NCBI GenBank assembly: GCA_002269645.1
Contig: NIVC01000426.1
Location: 62,001 to 126,000, forward strand
Direction: 5' to 3'
DNA from: Macrostomum lignano
Lineage: Eukaryota
DNA length: 64,000 nt
Within the stretch, counting starts at the first letter, position 1; each line of letters starts with the position of its first letter. A program made the translations under genes and the position numbers. The notes below the pieces were generated by a model. It made no database searches. It saw only the letters and a program-made list of their open reading frames with translations, and was not told where the DNA came from. Of this stretch, positions 46,201 to 57,077 are shown piece by piece.

Positions 46201-47227
46201 TCAGATGGGGAGGGTGTCAGATGGGGAGGGTGTGAGGTGGGGAGGGTGTAAGTGTGGGGAAGGTGTCAGGTGGGGAGGGTGTGAGGTGGGGAGGGTGTCA
46301 GATGGGGAGGGTGTCAGGTGGGGAAGGTGTCAGGAGGGGAGGGTGTCAGATGGGGAAGGTGTCAGATGGGGAAGGTGTCAGATGGGGAAGGTGTCAGGTG
46401 GGGAAAGTGTCAGGTAGGCAAGTGTCAAATAGGGAAGGTGTCAGTGTATGGAGATAGACAATAAACTCAGTATCAAACGCAGTCCAACACGCACCTAGAT
46501 GGCTCGCTCTCGCCGACCACATTGATGCCCTTGACGCGGAAGCTGTACTGAATATTGGGGTGCATTTTCACTTGCACCTGAGTGTCGGTAGGCTCTGTGG
46601 AGCCAAACTGCGGCGCAACGTACCAAGTATCGCTGGCGTACTGAGTGGAGAATTCCACAACATATCGCAGTACAGGCGCATAATTATCCGTGCCGGGATT
46701 CCACTTCACCTGGGCGATGTCATCGGACTTGAACTTGTCGCAGTCAACTTCCAAATTGGTTGGCATCTCCGGCCGGCCCATGATCATCAGCATGGCGCTC
46801 TTGGAGTCGTAGTCCAGACCGTTCGTGGCGTTGCAAGTGTAGATGCCAGTGTCCAGCGGCTTGGCCCCGCTCACTATCAGCGAGTAGTCCGGCAAGTTGA
46901 TGGTCAGGCGGGGATTCTGATCGAAGTCGATAATGGTGCCGTCTTTGGACCATTGGATGATGAGGTTTTTCTCCTCTTTCAGATCCGTGATGGCCGTGCA
47001 GATGAGCTTCACCTCCTGGCCTTCGTAGACGCGGGTGTCCTGCGGCGCCATGGAGATTTCTGTCGGCTGGCGGACCGTCACTGTGCCGCTGGCGGTGCGG
47101 GAGCCTGCGGGGTGGCGGGGCTGCTGCGGACTGACTGGCGGACAGACAGGCAGACAGACAGACAGACAGACAGACAGAAAGACAGGCAGACAGACAGGCA
47201 GACAGACAGGCAGACAGACAGACAGAA

Positions 47228-47304
<77 letters not shown>

Positions 47305-50300
47305 GGCAGACAGACAGACAGAAAGACAGACGGAAAGACAGACACTAAGACAGACAGACAGACAGACAGACAGGCAGACAGGCAGACAGACAGACAGGCA
47401 GACAGACAGGCAGGCAGGCGGACAGGCAGTCAGGCAGACAGACAGGCAGACAGGCAGTCAGGCACAAGCACTATAACTAACCAAAGTCATTAGTGGCGGT
47501 GCACTCGTAGGTGCCCGAGTCTGTGATTGACAGCTCGGCAATAAGCAGGTCGCCATTATCCTGCAGCTGATATCTGCCGCCAGTGATCGGTTCGCCATTC
47601 TTTTTCCAAGCTACAACGGCGCGAGGCGCGCTGAACGTCTGGCAGGGCATGATGAAGCGGCTCCTGGCGGCGGCCTTGGTGTCGGCGGGGGCCAGGACAA
47701 AGGTTGGCGGCTCGCGCAGCACATTCAGATAGGCATTGGTGTAGATGTAGCCGTACTTATTAGTGCAGTTGCACTGCACCACCAATGGATCTTTAAGGGT
47801 GAGATTTTTGAAATGGAACTCCTTGCCAACGGGGGCGCTGCGGTTGTCGTACTGGTTGGCAGGGACGCCGTTGATGAACCACTTGGGGTCGCCGTCGGCG
47901 CTGCCGGCTTCGCAGCGGAAGGTGTGACTGCCGCCCTCTGGCACGGAGATGTCGGTTGGCTTCTCGATCCAGTAGGGCTCGCTGAATACATTTACAACGA
48001 AGGTGCCGGACGGCGGACTGCCACCAATCTGGGCGTTGGTGCCCGTGCACTGGTAGTTGCCTGGGGGCGGGGGGGGGTAAATTCAAGTCTAACTTGCATG
48101 CCACTCGTGACTACTGAGAGTAATATGATGGCTTAGTGGGCTCGGACTGAGAATGGCCCAGCAACTGAGGATCTGGGAGGCTGGCCCAGCAACTGAGGAT
48201 CTGGGAGGCTGGCCCAGCAACTGAGGATCTGGGAGGCTGGCCCAGCAACTGAGGATCTGAGGTGGCCCAGCAACTGAGGACCTGGGAGGCTGGCCCAGCA
48301 ACTGAGGATCTGGGAGGCTGGCTCGGCAACTGAGGATCTGAGAGGCTGGCCCAGCAACTGAGGACCTGAGGTGGCCCAGCAAATGAGGATCTGGGAGGCT
48401 GGCTCGGCAACTGAGGATCTGAGAGGCTGGCCCAGCAACTGAGGATCTGGAAGGCTGGCCCAGCAAATGAGGATCTGGGAGGCTGGCTCGGCAACTGAGG
48501 ATCTGAGAGGCTGACCCAGCAACTGAGGATCTGAGAGGTTGGCCCAGCAACTGAGGACCTGAGGTGGCCCAGCAACTGAGGATCTGGGAAGCAGCAACTG
48601 AGGATCTGGGAGGCTGGCCAACAACTGAGGATCTGGGAGGCTGGTCCAGCAACTGAGGACCTGGGAGGCTGGCCCAGCAACTGAGGACCTGGGAGGCTGG
48701 CCCACAACTGAGGATCTGAGAGGCTGGCCCAGCAACTGAGGACCTGAGGTGGCCCAGCAACTGAGGATCTGGGAAGCAGCAACTGAGGATCTGGGAGGCT
48801 GGTCCAGCAACTGAGGATCTGGGAGGCTGGTCCAGCAACAGAGGATATGGGAGGCTGGCATGGGACTTGGGGAGATCAGCAGACGTGCAGTCCAGACTGA
48901 CCAGTATGAATATCCTTGTCAATATCGATGAGCTGCAGGCGGGCACCGGAGTCTAGCAGCTGCATCCGGGCCCACTCCTCGCTAGTGGTGATCTTGGCCG
49001 AGTCCTTCTTCCACTCGATCATAGGAGTCGGGTAGCCGGAGAAGAAGCAGAACAAATCCAGAGTTTTATTAACCAGGGCGCTCTGCACGCTGGGCTTCTG
49101 CGCCATGAGCTGAGCAGCCGGGTACAGGACATTGGTGCGCACGGTCAGCTTGTAGTTGCGACCCTCAGCTGTTCGACGGACAATGTCATTCCTGACGCCG
49201 CATTTGTAGGTCGCCGTATCAGACTCTTGAACGTTGGCGAACATAAGCGCGCCAGTGACTGGGTGAATGTTGATCCGATTGGACATTGTCAGAGTCTGCG
49301 TGCCAGCGCCGGTAACTCTGTACCAAACTATGGTGGCCTCCGGGTAAGAGGTTGGCGCGTTGCACGGGAATGTCACCTTGTCGCCTGAGGAGCGCTCCAC
49401 GTTGACGTCGGGCTCTTTAGCAAAGTTGTACAGCTCGGCGCGGCGGAGCACCTGGGGGTGGGAGCGGATCGGGAGGTTAGGAGACCTGAGTTGGCTTAAT
49501 AAATAGAAACACTGGCGTGATGGCTTAAGAGAATGGTTGTCAAATCTGGGGATCAGAGAGGTTTATAATCCAGGCTGAGGATCTGGGAGATTGTTGGGAT
49601 AACCTGAGGATCTGGGAGATTGTTGGGATAACCTGAGAATCTGGGAGGTTGTTGGGATAACCTGGGGATCTGGGAGATTGTTGGGATAACCTGGGGATCT
49701 GGGAGATTGTTGGGATAACCTGAGAATCTGGGAGGTTGTTGGGATAACCTGAGGATCTAGGAGATTGTTGGGATAACCTGAGGATCTGGGAGGTTGTTGG
49801 GATAACCTGAGGATCTAGGAGATTGTTGGGATAACCTGAGGATCTGGGAGGTTGTTGGGATAACCTGAGGATCTGGGAGATTGTTGGGATAACCTGAGGA
49901 TCTGGGAGATTGTTGGGATAACCTAAGGATCTGGGAGATTGTTGGGATAACCTGAGGATCTGGGAGATTGTTGGGATAACCTAAGGATCTGGGAGATTGT
50001 TGGGATAACCTGAGGATCTGGGAGATTGTTGGGATAACCTAAGGATCTGGGAGATTGTTGGGATAACCTGAGGATCTGGGAGATTGTTGGGATAACCTGA
50101 GGATCTGGGAGATTGTTGGGATAACCTAAGGATCTGGGAGATTGTTGGGATAACCTGAGGATCTGGGAGATTGTTGGGATAACCTGAGGATCTGGGAGAT
50201 TGTTGGGATAACCTAAGGATCTGGGAGATTGTTGGGATAACCTGAGGATCTGGGAGATTGTTGGGATAACCTGTGGCCACCTAGAGCAGGTCTCAGTGCC

Positions 50301-52124
50301 GCTCACCGTCTTGACGGAAGCAGCCACGCCGAGATCATTCTTGGCCAAGCACTGGTAGATGCCATCATCGTCTTCGCCGGGCGAAATGAACACCAGAGTG
50401 CCGGCGCCAGGGTACTTCTTGTAGCGACCGGAATTCTTTGTCCAATCAAACTCCTGCTCGTTTCGCTTCCAGATGAAGGTTGGAGCCGGGTCGCCCGAGG
50501 CTTCGCACTCAAGCTTGATGGACTCGCCAATGTTGAACGCCACCTCCTTTGGCGGCATTTTTGTTAGCGTAGGCGGGAAAGAAACTGCAAGGCGAAGATG
50601 CGATGGGTCAGGCTGTGTCTAGTGTGGGTCAGGCTGTTTAGTGTGGGTCAGGCTGTCTAGTGTGGGTCAGGCTGTGTCTAGTGTGGGTCAGAATGTCTAG
50701 TGTGGGTCAGGCTATGTCTAGTATGGGTAAGGATGTGTCTAGTGTTCGTCAGGATGGGTCTAGTGTGGGTCAGGCTGTGTCTGGTGTGGGTCAGGCTGTT
50801 TAGTGTGGGTCAGGCTGTGTCTAGTGTGGGTCAGGCTGTGTCTAGTGTGGTTCAGGCTGTTTAGTGTGGGTCAGGCTGTCTAGTGTGGGTCAGACTGTGT
50901 CTAGTGCGGATCAGGCTGTGTCTATTGTGGGTCAGGCTGTGTCTAGCGTGGGTCAGGCTGTGTCTAGCGTGGGTCAGGCTGTGTCTAGCGTGGGTCAGGC
51001 TGTGTCTAGTGTGGGTCAGGCTGTGTCTAGCGTGGGTCAGGCTGTGTCTAGTGTGGGTCAGGCTGTTTAGTGTGGGTCAGGCTGTCTAGTATGGGTAAGG
51101 ATGTGTCTAGTGTTGGTCAGGCTGTGTCTAGCGTGGGTCAGGATGTGTCTGGTGTGGGTCAGGCTGTTTAGTGTGGGTCAGGCTGTCTAGTATGGGTAAG
51201 GATGTGTCTAGTGTTGGTCAGGCTGTGTCTAGCGTGGGTCAGGATGTGTCTGGTGTGGGTCAGGCTGTTTAGTGTGGGTCAGACTGTCTAGTATGAGTGA
51301 GGATGTGTCTAGTGTGGGTCAGGATGGGTCTAGCGTGGGTCAGGCTGTGTCTAGTGTGGGTCAGAATGTGTCTAGTGTGGGTCAGGCTGTGTCTAGTGTG
51401 GGTCAGACTGTCTAGCGTGGGTCAGGCTGTGTCTAGTGTGGGTCAGGCTGTGTCTAGCGTGGGTCAGGCTGTGTCTGGTGTGGGTCAGGCTGTTTAGTGT
51501 GGGTCAGGCTGTGTCTAGCGTGGGTCAGGCTGTGTCTAGTGTGGGTCAGACTGTCTAGCGTGGGTCAGGCTGTGTCTAGTGTGGGTCAGGATGTGTCTGG
51601 TGTGGGTCAGGCTGTTTAGTGTGGGTCAGGCTGTCTAGCGTGGGTCAGGCTGTGTCTAGTGTGGGTCAGGCTGTGTCTAGCGTGGGTCAGGCTGTGTCTA
51701 GCGTGGGTCAGGCTGTGTCTAGTGTGGGTCAGGCTGTGTCTAGCGTGGGTCAGGCTGTGTCTAGTGTGGGTCAGGCTGTTTAGTGTGGGTCAGGCTGTCT
51801 AGTATGGGTAAGGATGTGTCTAGTGTTGGTCAGGCTGTGTCTAGCGTGGGTCAGGATGTGTCTGGTGTGGGTCAGGCTGTTTAGTGTGGGTCAGACTGTC
51901 TAGTATGAGTGAGGATGTGTCTAGTGTGGGTCAGGATGGGTCTAGCGTGGGTCAGAATGTGTCTAGTGTGGTCAGGCTGTGTGTGTGGTGTCCAGGATTA
52001 GAATCAGGTCAAGTTTTTTCTCCAGATCTACATCACTGTGCAATAGATTAGAACATTGGCACTCACCCGTGTTGGCATACTGCAGCAGAGCAGCCAACTG
52101 CAGTGTCACGAGCACTAGCCGCAT
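40277..52124 (-). CDS. Nrg: Neuroglian/L1CAM-family adhesion molecule (signal peptide, 6 Ig, 5 FnIII, TM, cytoplasmic tail)
   Basis: Exons (minus): 52124-52067 (MRLVLVTLQLAALLQYANT), 50584-50307, 49451-48902, 48060-47482, 47104-46495, 46054-45244, 43963-43721, 43255-43084, 42997-42716 (TM WFICMVLILLALIALIIFLFFVRKRR), 42170-42000, 41738-41501, 40524-40277. Phases are consistent through exon 11; the last junction is out of phase as read. Ig motifs DDGIYQC, DSGTYEC, DTGIYTC; FnIII motifs WNPGTDNYAPVLRYVVEF, YSFRVKGIN. Confidence 0.92.
40625..41432. repeat. ~21-bp minisatellite (AAAATCTCAAGCTAAAGGATA) in last neuroglian intron
   Basis: About 38 diverged copies. Confidence 0.93.
41779..41990. repeat. 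24-bp minisatellite (GTCGCTGAGATGTGTGGGTAGAAT) filling a neuroglian intron
   Basis: About 8-9 near-identical copies in a 261-nt intron. Confidence 0.96.
42275..42700. repeat. ~23-bp minisatellite (GAGAATCCCGAATCCCATCATTA) in neuroglian intron
   Basis: About 18 diverged copies. Confidence 0.93.
43305..43652. repeat. 31-bp minisatellite (AAACAGGACCGGAAGTAATAAAAACCCGTCT) in neuroglian intron
   Basis: About 11 copies; identical in the centre and degenerate at both edges. Confidence 0.93.
44010..45228. repeat. 23-bp minisatellite (TATGACCCGATTCTTCAGTGCCC) filling a neuroglian intron
   Basis: About 53 copies occupying all but ~10 nt (donor side) and ~45 nt (acceptor side) of a 1280-nt intron. 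Confidence 0.97.
46084..46443. repeat. 16-bp G-rich minisatellite (GGGGAAGGTGTCAGGT) in neuroglian intron
   Basis: About 22 copies. Confidence 0.95.
47141..47463. repeat. (CAGA)n/(CAGG)n microsatellite filling a neuroglian intron
   Basis: About 320 nt of a 377-nt intron. Confidence 0.96.
48152..48858. repeat. 28-bp minisatellite (GGCCCAGCAACTGAGGATCTGGGAGGCT) in neuroglian intron 3
   Basis: About 26 copies with shortened variants. Confidence 0.96.
49577..50272. repeat. 29-bp minisatellite (GGGATAACCTGAGGATCTGGGAGATTGTT) in neuroglian intron 2
   Basis: About 24 near-identical copies. Confidence 0.97.
50606..51981. repeat. 19-21-bp minisatellite (GTGTGGGTCAGGCTGTGTCTA) filling neuroglian intron 1
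   Basis: About 65 copies in a ~1480-nt intron. Confidence 0.97.
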
Positions 52125-52207
52125 GCCGAGGCTCAGGGGCAGCTGAAAATCCCAATACGAAAATTGAAAGCTATAATATACACTGGATAATGCAATTGAC
52201 CGGCTGA

Positions 52208-52275
52208 CTATCTATCTATCCATCTATCTATCTATCTATCTATCTACCTTATCTATCTACCTATCTATCTATCTT
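52208..52275. repeat. (TATC)n = GATA microsatellite between CEP43-like gene and neuroglian
   Basis: Interrupted TATC run. Confidence 0.9.
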
Positions 52276-52659
52276 TGTCATTGACAAAATCATTGAAAAG
52301 TTGAAAAATAGGCAGCCAGAAGACAATTTTAAAAGTTGCTTGAAACTTTATTAACTTTAACTTTATAGTTAAAAGTGAAAACATAATTACTGGCAGTTAC
52401 TGTATAAAACACGGACCAAATGTGATAGTTACTGAAAAAAGCATTATATATTTGCTGCAGACTAAAAATGCTACTAAAAGTAGACCGTTTAAAAATGCTA
52501 ATTTAATTTCATTGCAAGCTATGACAGATTGAATAAAACGAATTGTAATAATTACTTGGAAGATAATAAAAATACATAGAATTAAACAAATGCCACAGTC
52601 AGATAAGAGCAGAATTGACTTCGGCGGCAGAGCATCTTCGCGACTGGCCTCGCGAAACT

Positions 52660-55600
52660 TCATTTTGCTAAAATAAATAAACAATGCAAATTTTTAATTA
52701 CAGTATACAGTAGTATGCATTTTCGGATTTTTATGCTTTTGACATTCTTCTTGAATCCGGAAATAATTAAGCAAATAATAAGAAAAAAATGAAGTCCTTA
52801 CGAGTTGTATTAGTCGAGTCTTTGAGCAGTTTCACGAGCTTTGGCTCCACTGCGTCCGGGTTCGCATCCGAGATTTTAACGCATTTTTTATCATTCAAGT
52901 TGTCTGAGCTGTCACGTAACGTAGTCACTCCGGCAGCGGCCAGCCCGGCTTCTTGGGTGAGCACAGCCAGACTGTGCTTCAGATTGAAGTGCTCCAGCAG
53001 CTCAACAATCAGAGTGAAGGCCTGACGGCCTGTGTGTGAATTGAGTTTAGTCGAATGAGGCCATTTTATCACTTAACTAAAACATTTTTTAAGAAATTAA
53101 AGTAAACGACAACTAGATTCTAGTCATCCCTAGAGTGGAAGCTATGGGATCCCATCCTTAGAGTGGAAGCAATGGGATCCCATCCTTAGAGTGGAAGCTA
53201 TGAGATCCCATCCTTAGAGTGGAAGCAATGGGATCCCACCCTTAGAGTGGAAGCTTTGAGATCCCATCCTTAGAGTGGAAGCAATGGGATCCCATCCTTA
53301 GAGTGGAAGCTATGAGATCCCATCCTTAGAGTGGAAGCTTTGAGATCCCATCCTTAGAGTGGAAGCAATGGGATCCCATCCTAAGAGTAAAGCAATGGTC
53401 CCATCCTTAGAGTGGAAGCTATGAGATCCCATCCTTAAAGTGAAAGCAATGAGATCCCATCCTTAGTATGGAAGCAATGGGATCCCATCCTAAGAGTAAA
53501 GCAATGGTCCCATCCTTAGAGTCGAAGCAATGGGATCCCATCCTAAGAGTAAAGCAATGGTCCCATCCTTAGAGTGGAAGCTATGAGATCCCACCCTTAA
53601 AGTGAAAGCAATGAGATCCCATCCTTAAAGTGAAAGCAATGAGATCCCATCCTTAGTATGGAAGCAATGGGATCCCATCCTAAGAGTAAAGCAATGGTCC
53701 CATCCTTAGAGTGGAAGCAATGGGATCCCATCCTTAGAGTGGAAGCAATGGGATCCCATCCTAAGAGTAAAGCAATGGTCCCATCCTTAGAGTGGAAGCA
53801 ATGGGATCCCATCCTAAGAGTAAAGCAATGGTCCCATCCTTAGAGGGGAAGCAATGGGATCCCATCCTAAGAGTAAAGCAATGGTCCCATCCTTAGAGTG
53901 GAAGCAATGGGATCCCATCCTTAGAGTGGAAGCAATGGGATCCCATCCTTAGAGTGGAAGCAATGAGATCCCATCCTAAGAGTAAAGCAATGGTCCCATC
54001 CTTAGAGTGGAAGCAATGGGATCCCATCCTAGAGTGGAAGCTATGAGATCCCATCCTTAAAGTGAAAGCAATGAGATCCCATCCTTAGTATGGAAGCAAT
54101 GGGATCCCATCCTAGAGTGGAAGCTATGAGATCCCATCCTTTAAGTGAAAGCAATGAGATCCCATCCTTAGTATGGAAGCAATGGGATCCCATCCTAAGA
54201 GTAAAGCAATGGTCCCATCCTTAGAGTGGAAGCAATGGGATCCCATCCTAGAGTGGAAGCAATGAGATCCCATCCTAAGAGTAAAGCAATGGTCCCATCC
54301 TTAGAGTGGAAGCAATGGGATCCCATCCTAGAGTGGAAGCTATGAGATCCCATCCTTAAAGTGAAAGCAATGAGATCCCATCCTTAGTATGGAAGCAATG
54401 GGATCCCATCCTAGAGTGGAAGCTATGAGATCCCATCCTAGAGTGGAAGCAATGAGATCCCATCCTTAGTATGGAAGCAATGGGATCCCATCCTAAGAGT
54501 AAAGCAATGGGGTCCCATCCTTGTAGTTGGATCAATGAGACCCCATCACTAGAGTGAAATGAAAAATACAAGAACTAACTACCATGAGCATATTGTAATC
54601 TAAAAGACACAATTTAAAATTCCAGACATTAAAAGTACAAATATATGCATACTCTTACCATTTGATGACTCAAGAAATGAGGTTAATTTGTTGTTCTTTG
54701 TCTTCAGATAGCTAGTAAGCTTTTCTTCATCATCAAGAGCCAGAAATATGCTTGCCCTTAGTTGAGCCTAGAGTTGTATAAGGAGTTGGTATTTAATGTT
54801 ATAATTAAAAAAAAAATAATAAGATATTATAAACAAAAATTTAAACTTTAAAAAAAATAAGATATAGTAATATACTTAAGTTTTTTAATTTATCATCTTT
54901 TGCTATAGCCTATAGGAAAAACTGTAAGAAAAAAAAATTTGCTAGGCTCTTCATAGATGCCATATTTTTTGTAGTTCTATTAAACTTAATTAAAAAGGTC
55001 CTTTGCTATAGAATCCTCCAAAATGACCTAAGAATAAGTTGTAATTTTTTCCTATAGTCTTTAATAGCCTATATACTATCTTCAATTCAATATGGCTAGT
55101 ATAAAAATTAGTTTATATCAATTTTATATATATGCTTGTACCAATGAATTTGCCACACATTTATACTCGTATAATGCTAAGAATTTTTTTAAAGTAATGC
55201 CTTATCAATTTTTTAAAAGCATAAATTATTATCCTTATTTTAAGCTTTTCTTAAATGTATGATTGGCTCTTCAATAACTAGATAAATTTATAGATAATGA
55301 TATATTTTTGCTATAGGCATAGAATTTCCACTAAAATTTATAACACAAAAAGTATATACCTTACTAATTTCTTTTCAAATGCCTAGGCCCTATCTAAAAA
55401 AACTTTTTGGGCCTATAATAAAGACTGGTCATAGAATATTTAGCATATGTGTTTGATGTTTTTAAACTAAACAGTTTAAACTAAATCATTTTTTCTTTTC
55501 TTTATTTATATATATTACTTATTCATTACTTTATTCATATATATATTACTATCATTACTATCATTAAAACCATTATATTCAGTGGCGACGCAGGGGCTAG

Positions 55601-56507
55601 CAAGGGGGTTATAACCCCCAGGTGACTATCAGTCACCCCTTTATAGGGAGTGACCACCTCTTTAACAAAAAATTCTAAAAGTATGTGCAAGACCATGAGA
55701 AAAATTTCTTTCTTGTAGGGGTAGGGGCAAGGGGGAGTGACCACCCAACCATTGCCCCCCCACTGGAGGTGCTGTGCTGCCAGATATATAAATATATAAC
55801 TTATTCTTAGATCTATAGCAAAAAATTTAAGATTTAAGATTTAATTTTAAGATAACATTACAAAAATATAATTCTAAATTAAAAGAGTATACATACACAA
55901 CACATGTCAGTAAATATTTGTTTGAGTATACCAGTAAATGCATTGAATTCTTAAAAATGAAACAATGAATGTATGCAATTATAAGCCCTAATCTAAATAA
56001 GTCTTTTTGATCAGGAATAAAACAAATATAGTAGGCCTTTTATTACAGTTATTAGAGCTGCTATCGACGGAAAAATGTAGAACTGCAAATATTCTGCTGA
56101 GCCAATCTATCACAGTGATGCAGCAAGAGGGGGCAGGAGGACCTGGGCCCCCAAAATTAACTCTCCACAAAAATTCTGGACAAATAATTACGCATCCCCC
56201 TGAAATTCCAGAGAAAAATCCCTCCTCCCTACACCCCCTCCTCCGGGTTCGGAATGCCCCCCCCCTGAAATAAATCCTGGCTGCGCCACTGATCTATCAG
56301 TATCATTGTATCAGTGTTAATATACCGAATATAGCCATTGCACTTATAATGATTGCGACAAACTGTTAAAGATTGCTAAAAATTTAAGACCAAAAACCGA
56401 GCAAAGAATAAACTTTTTCTTACTCGAATATCGCCCAAAACACCTTTGTTTTCAAGCGTTTGAGAAACTAAGTCTCGAAGCTCATGGTCTTCTCTATCGA
56501 GTTCCAT
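52660..56507 (-). CDS. FGFR1OP: FGFR1OP/CEP43-like LisH-domain centrosomal protein (short, ~143 aa)
   Basis: Exons (minus): 56507-56424 MELDREDHELRDLVSQTLENKGVLGDIR; 54767-54659 AQLRASIFLALDDEEK...; 53029-52802 GRQAFTLIVELLEHFNLKHSLAVLTQEAG; probable terminal exon 52667-52660 (PK*). Matches the FOP N-terminal dimerisation/LisH pattern ELRDL..QTLE..GVL..I.A.LRA.VFLAL. Confidence 0.85.
53128..54545. repeat. ~28-bp minisatellite (GGGATCCCATCCTTAGAGTGGAAGCAAT) filling CEP43 intron 2
   Basis: About 50 copies with several interleaved variants. Confidence 0.97.
56113..56291. mobile_element. 179-bp non-autonomous hAT-type element (MITE)
   Basis: Termini CAGTGATGCAGCAAG / CTGGCTGCGCCACTG form an imperfect TIR, flanked by a perfect 8-bp direct repeat ATCTATCA (56105-56112, 56292-56299). 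An 8-bp TSD is characteristic of hAT. Confidence 0.85.
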
Positions 56508-57077
56508 CTTTTTATCGAACTAACCACGAAACCTTGAATAAATTGGCTGACTAAGGTATACGATTACTCAAGGAAACTATATCGAATACTGAAATACAAC
56601 TGTAATTGATATTGCTCGATGCAGTGGGCAGGACTTGTTAAATTTTGCCAATTTATAATTCCTCCTTCGCAAGTAATTTGAACTCTTCGCTTCCTGGTTG
56701 AACAGATACATTTGTTCAGAAATAGGCAATAAAAACGTATACACATTTTTTAAAATACAAAATGTACTATCATTAATCTATATTTACCTTAAAAGTCTGC
56801 TAAATGTTTGACTTAACTGGATTTGTTATTATTTACTTTTAATTTCCGGACTTTTACGGCCGGTTAAAATATGTATCTATTCCAAAAATCTATTTCACAA
56901 ACTAACTCACCAATACTGAAAGGCTAGTTGCAACTGCACTTCTATTAAAGCACGGAGTTTCCTGGAAAAATGCATTCGAAAGGAGCAACTTAGGCGTATT
57001 TGCATGTGGATTTCTCGCACATCATGGGCCTAAGTTCAATAAGATGTACATGTATTTTATAGATATTTCGCCTCAGA

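Noticed and set aside
48089-48946. 223-285 aa ORFs in neuroglian intron 3, and similar ORFs at 25355-26100, 33468-34049, 46473-47493 and 49923-50280
   Set aside because: Repeat-derived extensions of, or neighbours to, real exons; the true exon boundaries have canonical splice sites.
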